In this document: piece by piece, positions 30,896-32,000 of the stretch
Position numbering within the stretch: the first letter of the stretch is position 1
Layout: every line of letters begins with the position of its first letter
Assembly: GCA_043808785.1 (NCBI GenBank)
Contig: JAZDEL010000010.1
Span: 201,550-233,549, forward strand
Source of the DNA: Candidatus Iainarchaeum sp.
Lineage (GTDB): Archaea; Iainarchaeota; Iainarchaeia; Iainarchaeales; JAZDEL01
Reading direction: 5' to 3'
Length of the DNA: 32,000 nt
Notes under the pieces: model-generated
Seen by the model: only the letters and a program-made list of their open reading frames with translations
The model's database searches: none
Told to the model about the DNA's origin: nothing
Program-made: the position numbers and the translations under genes

Positions 30896-31627
30896 ATGGA
30901 GAATGAAGAATCCATCAGTGAAGCGAACTGTTTTCCGCATCCGCTGACACCTGAGGAGAAACTTCGGGGCTCGAAGGCGAGGAGCGAGAGGAAAACACGG
31001 GCGAACAGGCTGAACCCGATTACGAGCGGAAGGTATATCGAGAAAACAAACCCAGACTTTCTTTATTGTTCCGGTTGTTCCGTGCGGAGGCAGTGCGGCA
31101 GCTACATAGACGGTGCGGCCTGTTCGGTCGTGAACGCGGACACTTTCAAGAAACTGCACCACATCCTGGACGAATCCCCGAGCGAGTTCTTCATGGAGAT
31201 TATGAAAGTAATCGGGGAGCACAACGCAGCGGGGAAAATATCGGGGAACCCGACCGCGCTGAGGGACAACGCCATGCTTTTAATGAAAGCGTTCGAACTG
31301 CGGCAGCAGCATCTGCAGGGAAAACTCCCGAGCGATGTTGTTACTTTGACGTATGCTCCGTGCGACTTCTCAAAGCTGCGCAAGAGCGAGGAAAAAGAAC
31401 CTGTTGCGTTGCCTGAACCTGCCACTGTTGCGGAAGGTGTTGAAGAAAACCCTCTGCCTCTTGAGGAAAAACCTTGTGCGGAAGTCCAAGAACTCGAGGA
31501 ACCCGTGCAAGGTATAGAGGAGCCGAAGGTTCTCGATGTGCAGAAACCCGAACCGATTCCGAAAAGAGGAGGGTTCAGGCTTGGGGTTCTGCGCGGCAAC
31601 CAGCGGCCTGCTTTCTCGATGATTTGA
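30896..31627 (+). CDS. hypothetical protein with a 4-Cys cluster and an acidic, proline-rich C-terminal half
   Basis: MENEESISE..., then CSGCSVRRQCGSYIDGAAC, then PVALPEPATVAEGVEENPLPLEEKPCAEVQELEEPVQGIEEPKVLDVQKPEPIP. It is divergent from the integrase. ATG 30896 is preferred over GTG 30887. Confidence 0.55.
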   Translation: MENEESISEANCFPHPLTPEEKLRGSKARSERKTRANRLNPITSGRYIEKTNPDFLYCSGCSVRRQCGSYIDGAACSVVNADTFKKLHHILDESPSEFFMEIMKVIGEHNAAGKISGNPTALRDNAMLLMKAFELRQQHLQGKLPSDVVTLTYAPCDFSKLRKSEEKEPVALPEPATVAEGVEENPLPLEEKPCAEVQELEEPVQGIEEPKVLDVQKPEPIPKRGGFRLGVLRGNQRPAFSMI

Positions 31628-31658
31628 ACGTGAGTAAGGGAAAGAATTCGGTGCTTTC

Positions 31659-31836
31659 GCTTCCTGCTTCTTCTACGTCTCTCCTTAGACGTAGAAAAGA
31701 AGAAGCAAGGAAGCAAGTTAGCACTTGCTTCTCCTCATCAATTTGAAGAAGCAAAGCAAGGAAGCAAGTCGTTTAGGCTCGTATTGCCGTTTTAACCATA
31801 CTTCGCAAACCCGCTGCTTCCTCTCCTGCTTCTTCC
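31659..31836. repeat. field of GAAGAAGCA(A)GGAAGC-type motifs in both orientations, including a 22/28-nt imperfect inverted repeat
   Basis: gcttcctgcttcttctacgtct (31659-31680) pairs with agacgtagaaaagaagaagcaaggaagc (31687-31714). Further copies lie at 31745-31769 (+), 31813-31836 (-) and 31985-32000 (-). GCAAGT-tagc-ACTTGC lies at 31713-31728. Confidence 0.65.
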
Positions 31837-31998
31837 CTAATCTTTTTCCGCATATTCCCCGACCTTTTTCTGTTTTGCGAGCGTGCTCGGCGGAATGCGG
31901 TAGAGGTTATCGTTTGTTCGCTCTATTTCCTTGCGGGTAATCAGTTTTTTCAGCGCCTTGTCATACAGAGAACGGTTCCAAAATCCTGCTTCTTCTCC
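31837..31998 (-). CDS. partial CDS: C-terminal 53 codons of an unidentified protein whose start lies beyond the window end
   Basis: Hand translation of the minus strand gives GEEAGFWNRSLYDKALKKLITRKEIERTNDNLYRIPPSTLAKQKKVGEYAEKD*, with the stop at 31837-31839. Confidence 0.3.
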   Translation of the reverse strand, partial: GEEAGFWNRSLYDKALKKLITRKEIERTNDNLYRIPPSTLAKQKKVGEYAEKD

Positions 31999-32000
31999 TG

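Larger units (their letters stand above)
23800..32000. mobile_element. accessory block / putative integrated element or defence island (boundaries not determined; may continue past the window end)
   Basis: Content switches from housekeeping genes to TA-like, NTase, PIN and integrase genes. AT-richer stretches appear (hand count about 32% GC for line 28381-28440 versus about 60% for 12721-12780). Multiple repeat families and an intact tyrosine integrase are present. Confidence 0.45.

Overview
Archaeal chromosomal segment. Diagnostic genes are TFB, an HMf-type histone, Hef helicase/nuclease, ribosomal protein S8e, Cgi121, and a tRNA-Trp with a bulge-helix-bulge intron. Genes are tightly packed, several convergent pairs abut or overlap, and TATA boxes sit about 25 nt upstream of start codons, which suggests leaderless mRNAs. 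Bases 1-23.8 kb are a GC-rich housekeeping block. It carries cysS, a Kef-type antiporter, tRNA-Trp, fsa/tal, ilvC, avtA, panB, cmk, a KaiC-like ATPase, a histone, hef, an AglB-like protein, cgi121, rps8e, tfb, rnhB, hsp20 and scpB. Two visibly lower-GC single-gene inserts interrupt it: a radical SAM gene and a methyltransferase-like gene. From about 23.8 kb to the window end the composition and content change to an accessory or mobile block. This block holds an AbrB-like/MNT/HEPN fusion, a small wHTH gene flanked by 37-nt-periodic TATA-containing repeats, and an AbiEi/AbiEii-like pair whose nucleotidyltransferase has an extra C-terminal beta-barrel-like tail. It also holds a 485-nt repeat-rich non-coding stretch, an overlapping unknown+PIN-like gene pair, a 484-aa tyrosine integrase with a C-terminal zinc ribbon, and an iteron-like repeat field. 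The best candidates for undescribed biology are the unknown+PIN pair, the AbiEii-like fusion with its adjacent non-coding repeats, a free-standing ThrRS-type editing domain coupled to cysS, and the low-GC radical SAM gene inside an avtA-ilvC-panB (valine to pantoate) neighbourhood. Other candidates are an orphan LysW-like carrier with a poly-Glu tail and a triplicated start region with overlapping uORFs in front of the kef gene. All functional calls come from by-eye motif recognition; no database search was possible.
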